Positions 1 through 14,135 of a stretch of DNA of 64,000 bases are shown one piece after another (positions within the stretch are counted from its first letter, which is position 1; the number at the start of each line of letters is the position of its first letter). The DNA is from Octopus sinensis (taxonomy: Eukaryota), in NCBI RefSeq assembly GCF_006345805.1, contig NC_043003.1:8184001-8248000 (forward strand), read 5' to 3'. The notes under the pieces were generated by a model. The model worked only from the letters and a program-made list of their open reading frames with translations, had not been told where the DNA came from and ran no database searches. Position numbers and translations under genes: made by a program.

Positions 1-1116
1 TGTGCGCGTGGGTGTGAATATATATATTTATAGAGAAGTGTATGTATGTGTGAGTATATATTTATAGAGGTGTATGTGTGTTCAATATTGTGTAGTCTTT
101 TATGTATAGAGCATAGCTTTGAAAATACAATGCATGAAGTTATGGCCCCATCGGTATATCAAAGCGTTAAAAGGGTTGTTAGAAAATTTATGAAAACATA
201 CACAAAATCATTTAACGAGCTTTTGTGTTGCTTTTCTTTGTGAATCGCAATATCTAAGTGTTTCTTAAGGTCTGTTTTATGGCTGTTTACATTTTCCCTG
301 TTCGTTGCCAATTGCAATAAAAGAAATGAAGTTCTCTGGCTTAAGCACTTCTGCAAAACAAATATTTTCATTACGCTCGTGAAATATCTATTTCTGTTGC
401 TCATATTATATCCCTATTCTGTGAGTTGATGGTAAATATCACTTCTTCTTTTTAATTTTTTATCTATCGTCTTTTAGTTTTTAAAATTAATTTGAGATTC
501 GAGTAATCATCTGTAGTATTTTACAGAGAGAAAGGCCAAAAAGATGTATTGACATTTCAATTCTATTCGTATTTTCCCGTTCGTTTTCTATTTTCTGTTT
601 CTTACAATTTGTGTGCTCTGCAGTTGCTCATGCGTTAGTACAGGAAGTACATGTATTTGAATATAAGTGTTTCATTAGAGGCTGTCCTATAATTATATGA
701 TCTAAGGCACAGCCAGAATACCAATTGATATAGTTTTGTTTTCCCTTCATTTCTTTTCTCCGCTATTTCTTCTCAGCGCGCTCTTTTTCAGTCAGTTATT
801 TTATTTCTTCTTATTTTACTTTTTCTCATCGTGACACCTCCTTATACATTTCTTCATCTTTTTCTCTCTTTTGCAACACACAACATTTCTCCTTATCTTT
901 CTCTCCGTTCCTCCACTCTCTCTCTGTCTCTCTCTCCATTTCCCCAACTCATTCTTTTCCTCTTGACGTCACCCCCCTTACTTCTATGATACAAACCTCC
1001 TGCTTTAAAGTAATCTAAACTAAAACCTCCCCTCTGTATTCCTTGCTCATTTATGTTCCAACTACCACTTTAACTATAAAAAAATTATTTTACTTACTTC
1101 TAACTTTTATTAACAT

Positions 1117-1497
1117 AGGCGTAGGAGTGACTGTGTGGTAAGTAGCTGGCTTACCAACCACATGGTTACGGGTTCAGTCCCACTGTGTGGCACCTTGGTC
1201 AAGTGTCTTCTATTATAGCCTCGGGCCGACCAAAGCCTTGAGAGTGGATTTGGTAGACGGAAACTGAAAAAAGCCCGTCGTATATGTATATGTATGTGTG
1301 TGTGTGTATGTGTTTGTGTATCTGTGTTTGTCCCCACAACATCATTTGACAGCCGATGCTGGTGTGCTTAGGTCCCCATAACTTAGCGGTTCGGCAAAAT
1401 AGACCGATAGAATGAGTACTAGGCTTACAAAGAATAAGTCCTGGGGTCGATTTGCTCGACTAATGGCGGTGCTCCAGCATGGCCAGTCAAATGACTG
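1117..1497 (+). mobile_element. tRNA-derived SINE family A
   Basis: Head GGCGTAGGAGTGRCTGTGTGGTAAG...GGTTCAGTCCC, internal (TA)n(TG)n; family tail GACTGAAACAAGTAAAAGAG is truncated in this copy. Confidence 0.88.
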
Positions 1498-1744
1498 TAC
1501 CAGTGAGGTACAACAGCTATAACTAGAAAGACCAGTCAGTTCGACTCATGGTCCCGGCTGAAAAATGAGAAATCCGTTGCTTGGAGGATGGCGTGGGAGG
1601 CGAGCTGGAACAGCCGCTCCGACTCATAGAGCTCACTCATCAAATATTAGATTTGTTTCTGTCATACTTTAGTTTATCGCACTGACGTTCTCTACTTAGT
1701 GTTATATAATTTATCTCCATACACGATATACTAAATATATCCTG

Positions 1745-1995
1745 TCACTTATTGTGCGTTTTTTCCAGCCAATTTATTTCACATTGATCCAACCCACTTT
1801 GCTGCCACAAATGTCTTGTACCTGTATTTCCAAGGGCAAAGCCCTGTTACATTCTGTGTCACGTTGAACCTCCCTGAGAACTACGTGAAGGGCACTCGTG
1901 TCTGTAGAGTGCTCAGTTACTTGTATATTAATTTTACAAGTAGGCTGTTCCGTTGATTGGCTCAACTGGAATACTCGTCGTCGTAACCAATGGAA
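1745..1995 (+). mobile_element. Decayed SINE family C, tail type 2, 3' part
   Basis: Reverse-complement similarity to 17130-17350; another tail fragment at about 34250-34325. Confidence 0.7.
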
Positions 1996-3314
1996 TACAA
2001 GTTTCTTTATATTTTCTTTAGATTTGATACTTTAATACGAGTTTCGTATTATTCTTAGAAAGGTTATTTGAATTCGTTTTCTTTGAAAATTATGCATTAT
2101 GCATAATAAACAGAATGAGTTTCTCAAACGAGAAGGGTAATTACATTTCAAATGATTGATACATTAACCACTGGTTCAATAAGTTTAAAGATTTTTTTGA
2201 ATACTACGTTTCATACTCACTTTCCATGGCGTATAGGTGGCAGATACCACAACACTCCTCTTGAACGGGACAGTGATCCGTTGTAGGGTTCCATTTTGAG
2301 GTGAGGGAAGATGTCAAATAATACTGACCTCCGTATTACACTGGTACTTTATTGTAACGAATCAGTTGGAATGAAAAGCAACGTCGACTTCCGCAATATT
2401 TGAACTCAGTACGTAAAAAGCCGTAGGAAATAATGCTCAACTTTTTATCCGAGGTGCTAACGATTCTGTCAGCCCACCACCTGCAGCTGTTAACTGCATA
2501 ATGCATAATCTTTAGAATTGGTTGCGTAAACTTTAAAGCTACTTCGAAATAATCGATATATTTACAACGTGTTCAATCATTGCAATCAATCAATCAATTC
2601 TCAATCAAATTTCATTTACTTTTCCTTTTATACAATATTTAAGAGTTTAGAACTTTCTTAAAATGTGAAGTGTATTTCAGTTTCCAGAATAGTAATCGAA
2701 CAAACGGTAAATTGCTGCTGAGTGAAGACTAGTGGGTAGGGTGTTGCACTCATGACCGTAAGATTGTGGTTTCACTTCCCGAACCGAGTAGTGTGCTGTG
2801 CTCAGGAGCAAAACCTTTCATTTCACATTGCTGCAGTCCATTCAGCCGTAAATAGGCTCCAGTAATAATTGGAAAGTTAACCCTGTGATGGACTGACGTC
2901 CCATCTAGTGAGGTTTTGTTGTGTCAGTCGCTTAAATACCATAGAAACTGGGTTAACACCCGACCTTATGAAATCTAAGGTTCAAAACGGACGTTGGCCT
3001 CGGCTTCTTTTTCATTTTAAGTTTCATGATAAAGATGCTAAGGCTGGATGGTGCATTGTGTTCTTGACAAAATCACCTTTAGTTCAGATTGTTACAATCC
3101 ATTCAACCATAAAGGAATATGAAAAATACCCGGGAAGTTAACCCTGCGATGAACCGGCGTCTCGTTCAGGAGAAACTATTCTGCTCACAGTCACTTACAC
3201 ACAATACAAACCGGATTCAATTCTGGTCTTGTGTGTCCGAGAGCTTATGAGAGACCTACGTAATTAATTAAAATCTTCCTGTAATATCTTCTTCGTGATA
3301 ATATCAAACCTTTG

Positions 3315-3530
3315 TAAGGCAGCGAACAGACAGAATCGTTAGAACACCAGACAACCTGCTGGCGGCATTTCGTCCGTCTTTACGTCCTAAGTTTAAATTC
3401 CGCCGAGGTCAACTTAGCCTTTCATCCGCTAGGAGTCGATAAAATAAGTACCAGTTGATCACTGGGGCCGATGTAATCGACTTCAAACCTCCCTTGAAAT
3501 TCTTGGCTGTGTGCTAATATTCGAAACCAA
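3315..3530 (+). mobile_element. tRNA-derived SINE family B (short-tail variant)
   Basis: Head AAGGCRG..GAGCTGGCAGAA..GTTAGCAC, B box GAGTTCAAATTCC, central GCCGAGGTCGACTTTGCCTTTCATCC (resembles Deu/Nin-type core, from memory). Confidence 0.8.
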
Positions 3531-3534
3531 TATT

Positions 3535-3905
3535 CTTTTCTACTCTAGGCACAAGGCACAAAATTCGACCCCATTGTTTGACTGGTACTTAATTTATCGA
3601 CCCGAAATGATGAAAGGCAAAGTCGACCTCGGCGGAATTTGAACTCAGAACATAAAGACAGACGAAATATCTATTTCTTAACTACCCACAAGGGGCTAAA
3701 CATAGAGAGGACAAACAAAGACAGACAAACGGATTAAGTCGATTATATCGACCCCAATACGTAACTGGTACTTAATTTATCGACCCCGAAAGGATGAAAA
3801 GCAAAGTCGACCTCGACAGAATTTGAACTCAGGACGTAGCAGCAGACCAAATACAGCTACGCTTTTCGCCCGGCGCGCTAACGTTTCTGCCAGCTCGCCG
3901 CCTTG
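3535..3905 (-). mobile_element. SINE family B, multimeric
   Basis: Head at about 3905 plus repeated body units. Confidence 0.85.
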
Positions 3906-4659
3906 TAATCGAAACCAATGTTGTATCGTTTTGTTTAGAGGAAATAAACGATATTTACTTATGCTGTTCTTAGTGTTATACCGTAGTAACAAGTACTTGA
4001 TAACCTGTCTTGCCGTCTACTCGTTTTTTTATTTTTATATCAATTTACTTATGTCTCCGATCATATTTAGGAAATCATGGTCGATATACAGTCTCGTTTC
4101 TTTTGCAGAAAAATGACAAATATTGTCGGATGAGAGTTATTAATACCTCTTTGATGTTGATGACACTGTAAAGCCAGTGCAAATCTTGATTTAAATAAAA
4201 TATCAAGAAATTCTAAATTTATTGACTGTGATGTGTTTCGAGTTGTTCACAAAATAAAGAGAAGTTTACACGTGACCTACCAAGAACATAAAATAATAAG
4301 AAATAAATGCTTGCTTCTTGTCCGTTGTTAACGTAATTAGGAGTGCGTCTTTTGTTGAACAAATAGTATCAAATATACATACATGCAGATAGACAGAGGA
4401 CAGCCAGATAAACAGATAGATAGATTGATAGATAGACACATAGATATTAACATATACATGAATATGAAGGTATATGTTTGTGTGTGAGTATACCTATCTA
4501 TCTATCTGTCTATCTATCTATCTGTATCTATCTATCTATCTGTATATATATATAGGGGTTAGCCATATTCAAATGGCAAATATACGTCACGATATATATA
4601 TATATATATATATAAGCATTATGACTGACAGCCTCATACTTCGAAACCAACGAGAGAAT

Positions 4660-4745
<86 letters not shown>

Positions 4746-5559
4746 ATGTATATGTATATGTAAAATTTTATGTGTATATATCTATATGTGTGTGAATGTG
4801 ATTGTGTGCATTAAAAATGCAACGAAAATAAAGTATGAACAAAATGAGAGCACGAAAATAAAACTGAGATTTTAAAGGTATGGAAAATAATGGAAACGAA
4901 TGTAAATATAGCAGAAATAAGAGGAAGAAGAGAAAAAATTGTTGAACGGTAAGTAATGTTATATTTTTCCTGTAATGCGTGCGAACGAAAGGACACAGAA
5001 ATCAATTGGCTGAAAGCAAGTCTCCACTTATGTGTAAAATTGTGCTCCTTAAAATAACCACTCGGTACGTTTTATAGCGTACGAAGATATTTCGCTGTAT
5101 TTTACGTTCATTTTCCTTTTGTACCGGAAACAAAATGCAAAATTTTCATTCTTCTAACGACACTTAGAAAATTGGTGATCATTTATAGAACACTCTATCA
5201 TAGCTGGAAACAAGGAGAGAGAGAGAGAGAGAGACAACGCGTTTATCATCTTTATCGATTGTTTCATTGTTTCGTTGTTGAGTCAGGTAGAATCTGAGAA
5301 TCGAGGGAAATTATATTCATGGTGACAGGAACGGAAAAAGAAACTGAGATGCGTTTCTAAAACTTTCTTTGCTACCGTTGTCTCTTGTCTGCTTCCAATG
5401 TAATTACAAGAACGATAAGGTTTATACATAGCAAATGACACACACGGACAGACACACACATATAAGATATACACACATATATATACATATATATGTGCAT
5501 ACACACATACACTCAACACACACACATATCTATATATATACATATATATATATATATAG

Positions 5560-5565
5560 ACATAT

Positions 5566-5600
<35 letters not shown>

Positions 5601-5626
5601 CATATATATATATACGTATATATATA

Positions 5627-5657
<31 letters not shown>

Positions 5658-5693
5658 ATAATTATATTATATATATACGTATAATATTATAAC

Positions 5694-5725
<32 letters not shown>

Positions 5726-5780
5726 TATATATATATATATACATATATATAGATATATATATATATATATATATATATAC

Positions 5781-5815
<35 letters not shown>
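5560..5815. repeat. (TA)n microsatellite
   Basis: Direct inspection; many other (TA)n tracts, e.g. 4660-4745, 8530-8597, 23210-23282. Confidence 0.95.
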
Positions 5816-5816
<1 letters not shown>

Positions 5817-7433
5817 TGTGTGTGTGTGTTGTACATATATTCAGATATACATGCATATATTCGTTCATATACACCACATATATAGATTTATATTTTGAAG
5901 TGTAAATGCGAGTTAGCGTGAGCATTGCTATTCCTGTATATTCTCATTACTTCATCTATAAGTGTAAACTTGTAGAAGAGTTAAGTTTAATAAGATATCT
6001 ATGAGAACGAACAACCGTATTGAATGTAAATGATACTATATCTAATAACATGCCTGGAAAGGGAGTTCTCTTGGTATTGTAATATGATAAACTTGCCAGT
6101 ATCTTGTGTTTGCAAATGATACTGAACTACATAGAGATAATGTGCGGAAGCAATTTGCATTTAAATTCTTAGTATTCAATCATAGTATTTAACGGCGGTA
6201 TTTAAAAACACTGGAAAGCTAACAAACAAGGATTCCATTTATTCATCTCCGACCATTATTCCTGGGAAAGTTGTGGGGATAGAATCTTCAAGCACTTCTT
6301 ACATAGGTTCCAGTCAAAAACAATCGTCATTACACTTTCCGTCTGAATACTGATGTTTAACAGACTCGGGCTCTGGTTATTATCAAACTAAATCGTTCCC
6401 TCGTCTACTCCTCAGCCTTCTGCCGGTTGGCCTGGCTTGAACAGTCCGTCTTGTTATTCGTTCCTGCAATATTCTAATCACATACCCGTAATGCCAAAGT
6501 AAAAAGTAGCAACTCAAGCTGAAGACACTCACTCATCTCCGAGCTATAGACTGTTGAGTAACGTTACTGCTAAGACCTTTTGGAGGGACCGGATTTCGGC
6601 CGCTTTGCGTCGTACACTGTCGCGTCATTACCCAACATTTATCTCCCCGAGAAAAGACAGACACGGAAACTAGATTGAGAATAGCAAGTTTCTTTCCATT
6701 TTACCTACCTCTTTTCTTCTGAGGATCGAACGCTGGATCTGGCACATTACTGTACCACTACCTGCTATTCTTTCTATTAAATTTTCTAGAAATTCTGAAA
6801 TAGCAAAAGAACTAAAGGTTAGGGGTATTGTTGATCAAGATCAGACTTTGTATTTAGATCTAGCTTTTAATGTAGGTGTTCGTTTACTCCACATGTGCAA
6901 TAAGTGTACAATTTCTGTTCAGAGATACCAGGTTTCCGTACCCAATTAGTGGATGTTTTCGTGGTTTCTATTTATAAAGGAGGTTCGTATCTGTTTTGAG
7001 CTTAATAAGTTGCATCGGGGGGACGCCTATATTGCAAGGTTAAGAAAAAGGTAATAATAATATCATCTGACGGACAGGTGTGTGTTTGCATGTGTTTTTA
7101 GTCATGTGCAGCAGGTATTGATAATTGAGAACGTACAAAAAGGAAAAAAATTGAAGATGCAACTAAACTTATGTGCATGAAATTTGGTACAATGTAAACT
7201 GACAGTGAATCAAATTCACATGTAACGATGGAGTGACCTAAGAGAACTCTTACGACCTATATCATGAGACGTCTTACAATCTATATCATGAGAAACAAAT
7301 GAATAGCTGCATAGATGCTATACGGCGGGATTTTTGTCAAAACGTGCGAATTTTAGAGCGATGAATTATAATCTATATACACGAAGAATGCATTAGGAAA
7401 GGAATCTTTGAGAAGATCATTAACCATGAAACA

Positions 7434-7850
7434 CTTACTCTTTTACTCTTTTACTCTTTTACTTGTTTCAGTCATTTGACTGCGGCCATGCTGGAGCACC
7501 GCCTTTAGTCGAGCAAATCGACCCCGGGACTTATTCTTTGTAAGCCCAGTACTTATTCTATCGGTCTCTTTTTGCCGAACCGCTAAGTGACGGGGACGTA
7601 AACACACCAGCATCGGTTGTCAAGCAATGCTAGGGGAGCCAAACACACAAACATATACACACACACACCCATATATATATATACATATATACGACAGGCT
7701 TCTTTCAGTTTCCGTCTACCAAATCCACTCACAAGGCATTGGTCGGCCCGGGGCTATAGTAGAAGACACTTGCCCAAGATGCCACGCAGTGGGACTGAAC
7801 CCGGAACCATGTGGCTGGTTAGCAAGCTACTTACCACACAGCCACTCCTA
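7434..7850 (-). mobile_element. SINE family A
   Basis: Full length with (GAGTAAAA)n tail. Confidence 0.9.
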
Positions 7851-8489
7851 TGTTAAAAAGCGGAAAAAAGTGGCCTGATTTTGTAAGAGGACGGCTCTGA
7901 TTCATAAGAATATAATGTAATGGACGACAAACGAGACAGTGGTTGAGCGGTATTAAAAAATGGAGAAGAAATAGAAATGTGGAAAAGTTGAGGTTTCTTG
8001 ATGACTGTTACAGTTGGAAGGAGAGATCTATGTCTTTTGTTAGGAAATTATGGCCTCCTTGGGTAATATAAATTGATTGGTTGGTGGAAGCCAGATATAT
8101 GTCAATTTCATAGTCACCATTTAATCTAGAATCTTAATATATAGTAATATGCCTGCGGTTCGTAAGAGTATGTACGAAGCATTTCCATTCCTTTGCTATA
8201 ATTTCTCTGACCAGTGTCAGCATAACTTCATTCTATACTGTAACATGTAATTTTGCTCTCGCATAATGGACATGTCTGCATCGGCGCAAGGATTTTCGTA
8301 ATGTATTCAGTTGAATATAATACCAAACGAAAGTCTGAGAACAAGCAATTGATAAAATCTGACTGAAACTTGGACCTACAAGGATTTACATGGAATTCAA
8401 AACAAAAATTAACTCTTGGGCAATTTCATTCGAAACGCAGCTTTTCAACACAAACATATATTCATACATACATACATATACACACATAA

Positions 8490-8529
<40 letters not shown>

Positions 8530-8550
8530 ATCATATATATATATATATAT

Positions 8551-8594
<44 letters not shown>

Positions 8595-8598
<4 letters not shown>

Positions 8599-9680
8599 CA
8601 AAAGTTAGAAGGGAAAAACTGGGCGAGAACATAACGGATAGAAAAGAGAGACAAAGAACACGATACAAGGAACATTCGCAGCTGATTTTCTCATCGGTTC
8701 GTTTCCGAGACATCTTAGTGGTTTCACGCTATTTAAAATCAAGGCCATTTTTATTAACGGGAGCGCCAGAGCATAAGATACAGGAAAAGCTTAATGAACG
8801 TGTACGAGTACAATGTGTGTGTGTATAATAAGAAATGACAAGATATAACAGACCAGGAATAGTTCATATACAATAGAAAATGCCTTAAGGCTGTACAATT
8901 GGTGTACAATATGAGGCATAATTATACGTAGACAGTAGTAAAGCATTACAATACAAACAGAAAAGAATCTATTCGACTATCAAGACAGACGTAGCGAGGT
9001 AGCGCAAAGAAATGGAAAAATTCCTTGACGGACAGAACACAAAGCGTGTATGGTTTGGTCAGCAGCAGACCGCAAAAGGACGACGAGCCTTGACAAGACA
9101 CCAGTCACATTGTAGGAGAGAGAAAGAGTGGTGGAGGGATTAAGGAATGAGAGAGGTGAGAGAGACAGAGCAGTAACAGAGAGGAAAGTAGGGAGGACTG
9201 GGTACAAGGGAGACAATTAAGGAGGAGAGGAAAAATGCAAAAGAGATGGAAGTAAGAGCTAAGTGTCGCACTACAAATATTGAGGGAATATTTTTATAGT
9301 TAAGTAAAGAAACGGGGGTGCATTGCGTGGCAATGAATATTTCAAAAGTTGGACAGAGAAGGAAAAAAATAGACGAAAACTGGGTGAAAACGTAACCGGC
9401 AATAAAGAGAGACAAAAACACGATGCAAGGAACAATAACAGCTGATTTTCTCATCAGTTGATTTCCTAGACAACTTAGTTGTTTCACGCTATTTCAAAAC
9501 AAGACCACTGTTATCAGCGGGAGCGCCAGAGCATAGAGCTACAGGAAAAGGCTGATGACTGTGTGCGAAGACAGGCAAAATATAACATTCCGTGTACAAT
9601 AAGAAATAATGGCAAGATACAAGAGTAGGAGCATAAAGAAAAGAAAAGCTAAATAATGAGAAGTATATAACTATATGTAT
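8595..9680. repeat. Two diverged direct copies of an about 330-bp unit
   Basis: 8595-8930 and 9339-9680 share ATTTCAAAAGTT, CAGCTGATTTTCTCATC, GGGAGCGCCAGAGCATA. Confidence 0.75.
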
Positions 9681-9941
9681 ATTAAATAAAACCTTATAGA
9701 CTAGGAAATATATATATATATCTAGTGAATTTGAAATGTAAGAAGAAATTTAATGTTTAAATTATATATAATGATAGATATCACTTATATGTAAAGGTGT
9801 GTTTCTGCCAATGTTTACATCGGTATGGACGCTCTATAACCGTGTTTACAAGGGGATTTTTAGAAAAAAAGAATAAAAAATACTTCAGAATTACAGAGAA
9901 GACAGAATTCCTTGCCTCTGTCATAAGGGAAAAATACACAG

Positions 9942-10116
<175 letters not shown>

Positions 10117-10133
10117 ATATAGATATATATATA

Positions 10134-10545
10134 TACTCTTTTACTCTTTTACTTGTTTCAATCATTTGACTGCGGCCATGCGGGAGCACCGCCTTTAATC
10201 GAGCAACTCGACCCCGGGACTTATTCTTTTGTAAGCCCAGTACTCATTCTATCGGTCTCTTTTGCCGAGCCGCTAAGTAACGGGGACATAAACACACAAG
10301 CATCGGTTGTCAAGCAATTCTAGGGTAACAAACACAGACACACAAACACACACACACGCATATATATATATATACATATATACAACGGGCTTCTTTCAGT
10401 TTCCGTCTACCAAATCCACTCACAAGGCTTTGGTCGGCCCTTGGCTATACTAGAAGATACTTGCCCAAGGTGCCACGCAGTGGGACTGAACCAGGAACCA
10501 TGTGGTTGGTAAACAAGCTACTTACCACACAGCCACTCCTGCGCC
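10134..10545 (-). mobile_element. SINE family A
   Basis: Full-length copy. Confidence 0.9.
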
Positions 10546-10558
10546 TATATATATATAT

Positions 10559-10594
<36 letters not shown>

Positions 10595-10596
10595 GT

Positions 10597-10637
<41 letters not shown>

Positions 10638-11340
10638 CGAAAGGCTCCGTTAGGCGATTCGAAACTTCAAGTAGCACGAAATCCGAATCAAACAGTTTTG
10701 AACAATACTTTTAACTCCCAATGAACGTGTTGAGTCCCCTTTCTTTCGTTCGTTCACTCACTCATATATATATATATATATATATATATGTGCTTAGTAT
10801 GTGTGTGGGTGTTTGGATCGGTTTATAAGTGTATCTATGTGTATATTATTACACATGTGTTTCTGGGATAGTGTCTGTAAGTGAGGTACCTCTGTTTAGT
10901 TACATGCCTTTGCCTGTTAACGCATGCGCATGAATCTCACAGAAAATGTGGCTTTACTTTATTAATCGATACAATTTTATAGCAATAAATTTCTTAAGAC
11001 AACAATTTAGCAGAAGGAAAATAACCAGTCACGTATCAAATTAAAATCAATATATCATTTTTCGGTGTTTTTTCATGTCATTTGGATTATGTTTTTTCCT
11101 TGTTCAAATCTTATTTTTTAATGTTTTTGTTGCTGTTATCATTGTTGTTGTTTCTTTTTTTTTTGCTCATCGATCAGGGCAATGTTTGTTAGCCCAATGC
11201 AATTATATCATCATTGCGATGATTATAGTTCAGTAGAGAGAAATGATTAACGGAGCGATGGATAAGGCAAACGTAGGAAGGAGCATAGCAGCAGTAGCAA
11301 CAAGAGCACCAGAAACAGCAGCCACAATAGCTTGCAACAA

Positions 11341-11341
11341 C

Positions 11342-11413
<72 letters not shown>

Positions 11414-11566
11414 AACAACAACAACAACAACAATAATAATAATAAAATAATAATAATGATAATAACAACAACAACAATAATAATAATATTAATGATGATG
11501 ATGATGATGAGGAGGAGGAGGAGGAGGAGGATGATACTAATAATAATGATAATAATAATGATGATG

Positions 11567-11624
<58 letters not shown>

Positions 11625-11635
11625 TGATAATAATA
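11341..11635. repeat. Compound (TAA/CAA/GAT/GAG)n microsatellite
   Basis: Direct inspection. Confidence 0.95.
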
Positions 11636-11865
11636 AAGTGCAAAACATCGTGTTAACTGAAGCGGCTCATGTACCGAGAAGAGCATTATCGCTGTGAAAA
11701 CAACAACTATTCATTAATTTAATTATTTTTTTTTATTTTTAAATACATATTTTACCTGTGAATTTGCGAATGCATACAATGAGCTTCTCTGCCCTAGGTG
11801 TATGGAAAACACTCGGCGAGAAACGGAAGAAAAATTGGAAGAAAGAAGGTAAAAAAATAATAATA

Positions 11866-12826
11866 ATAAATGGCAAGAAAAACCTCGCAATGGCAAATAC
11901 GCTAAGAGAGCGAATAATGCAGATGTTGACAAAGACCTTACCCATCAATGGCTAATAGTTCCTGGTTTAAAATCAAAAACAGAAGGGTTTATCGTAGAGC
12001 CCAAGATCAATGCCTACCTATAAGGAACTACCAAGCCAACATATTTAAGTAAGGCAGCTCCCCAATATGTCGTCTTTGTCAACAACAAAATTAGACCATT
12101 GATCATGTTGTCTCCAAGTGTAGTCTTCTAGCGCCTACAGAGTATCTCAGCAGGCATGGTAGAGCTGCACAATATATTCACTGGGTAATTTGCAAAAGCC
12201 TGGACTTGCCACATGATAAAAACTGGTGGGAACACAGATCTTCCCCAGTGCTTGAAAATGATCACATCTCACTCCTCTGGAACTTCACCATTCAAACTGA
12301 CAGAAAGATAGATGTGAATAGGCCAGACGTCATAGTAAAAGACTTCAGACAAAAAGAACGACTCATATTGATATGACTGTCCCAATCAATATAAATGTAT
12401 GTCAAGACCTACCAAAAACTGAGCAAATATAAAGATCTTGAAATAGAAATCAGCAAAATGTGGAACCTGAAGACTAAAACAATACCTGTTGTCATAGGTC
12501 CCCTGGGAATGATAGCAAAAGGGGCTGATTGCTACCTAGCTCAGATACCAGGAAACCCCAAGATGGCAGAAATTCAAAAGATAGTGCCCATGGAACTGCC
12601 CATATACTACATAAAATACTGTCCGAGTAATCTCAAATTTTAAAACAAACTCATAATTTTTTTAATGTTTTCTTAAACATTCTCTAGAACAATACTACGT
12701 ACAAAACCTAATATTTGGCACTTTAACCATAACACCTACATGAACTTCTAATTTGTTGTCTCTTGAGGTCTCTGGGTGAGACTTGGAGCCAACTTGTACA
12801 AATGCAAAGCAAAAGTCAAATATAAA
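11866..12826 (+). mobile_element. R4/Dong-type non-LTR retrotransposon, 3' fragment (disrupted)
   Basis: Piecewise translation gives HQWL..GLKSKTEGF, C-x2-C...H..SKC zinc knuckle, NRPDVIVKD..DMTVP restriction-like endonuclease, KYKDLEIEISKMW; stops and frameshifts; 3' UTR 12630-12826. Confidence 0.85.
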
Positions 12827-12962
12827 TAAATGTTGAAGTGAATCGAACGGCTTTTGTGTGTTTCTTAAATGGCTTACAAACACCTTCCACGCTGCAATTG
12901 TTTTCGTTTCAGCACATGATCTCAGATCAAATCACTTGCTATGCAAGTACATCTCCGTAATA
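12827..12962 (+). mobile_element. Third, HHR-less copy of the same pLTR-like repeat
   Basis: Nearly identical to the reverse complement of 13746-13880. Confidence 0.8.
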
Positions 12963-13058
12963 ATAATAATCCCTTCTGCTAAAGGCACAAGGCCTGAATT
13001 CCTCTATTTACATAATATCGAGGTCTCTTTCATTCTTTTGTTGTCTTACCATTTCTAT

Positions 13059-13092
<34 letters not shown>

Positions 13093-13888
13093 CGCACACG
13101 CATATATATATATATATATATATACACAGGATGACAGTTTGTTTCTTAAAGATGCAAGAAGCTATTAATACCTCGTGTCTTTATGCTGTCAACGTAAAAT
13201 TATATTTATCTCTCCCTCTATATACTCGTGGGCACTGAAATATCACACTAAAGCGCACACAACATATTTATTCAAATATAGAAATATAAATATATTCAGG
13301 CTTAAAGCAATGCTACATAAACATATATAGAAAAATAGTAAAGGACTAAGCAGGGATGGTTGCCATAGTATCTTGAGAAGGGTCCCTATAGATACGGTGT
13401 CAAACTTAATTCTCTTGGTGAAAATTTTGGAAAGAAACACCAACTATGTCAAATAAACTTTGAAAACTATGAAAGAACATATTAGACATTAAAGAAATGG
13501 AACCTAGTTCACAGGTTTTATCGAAGTAAATATTGTTTCTTACCACAAAAGATATCATGTAAGTATATTATTCATTCTCCTCAAAAGGACCGCTATAATT
13601 CATAAAGGTTGGTTTTCCTCCAGTGTGCTCTGCAGTACGTATTTTAACTGCCTAACAAAAATTTCTAAATAAGCTGGGCTTCATATATAATATGATTGTG
13701 TGTGTGGAAGTATATGTATATGTACGTATATATATATATATATATATTACGGAGATGTACTCGCATAGCAAGTGATTTGATCTGAGATCGTGTGCTGAAA
13801 CGAAAACAATTGCAGCGTGGAAGGTGTTTGTAAGCCATTTAAGAAACACACAAAAGCCGTTCGATTCACTACAACATTTAAGTTTAAT

Positions 13889-13934
13889 TGTCAAAATATT
13901 TTCGTCGCTAAAATCCGCGACCTGTTCACTGACA
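13889..13934 (-). ncRNA. Minimal type I hammerhead ribozyme, G3-C8 variant (inverted twin)
   Basis: Reverse complement of the 13942-13989 motif with a 5-bp stem I TGTCA/TGACA. Confidence 0.72.
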
Positions 13935-13941
13935 CGGATTC

Positions 13942-13989
13942 TTGTCAGTGAACAGGTCGCGGATTTTAGCGACGAAAATATTTTGACAA
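13942..13989 (+). ncRNA. Minimal type I hammerhead ribozyme, G3-C8 core variant
   Basis: Stem I TTGTCA(13942-47)/TGACAA(13984-89); core GTGAACA; extra G; stem II GTCGC/GCGAC; GAA; palindromic stem III AATATT; predicted cut after 13983 (UUU). Confidence 0.75.
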
Positions 13990-14078
13990 ATTAAACTTAA
14001 ATGTTGAAGTGAATCGAACGGCTTTTGTGTGTTTCTTAAATGGCTTACAAACACCTTCCACGCTGCAATTGTTATATA

Positions 14079-14126
<48 letters not shown>

Positions 14127-14135
14127 TATATATAT

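Larger units (their letters stand above)
13746..14073. mobile_element. PLE pseudo-LTR-like inverted pair forming a palindrome
   Basis: Arms 13805-13934 and 13943-14073 differ by about 1 substitution and 1 indel; 8-nt spacer; flanked by (TA)n. Confidence 0.7.

Noticed and set aside
5950-7050. Faint LINE-like peptides (LGTETWYL, RWIWHIT)
   Set aside because: Motifs fall on opposite strands and are too short to support a call
9548-9590. CTGATGA-CTGT...ACAG
   Set aside because: Followed by GCAA rather than GAA and no stem I
10631-10676. HHR-like GTGACGA...GAAACTTCAAGTA-GCAC
   Set aside because: G3 with G8 cannot pair and stem II does not close; at best a decayed copy
11243-11656. poly-N/I/L ORFs
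   Set aside because: Compound TAA microsatellite
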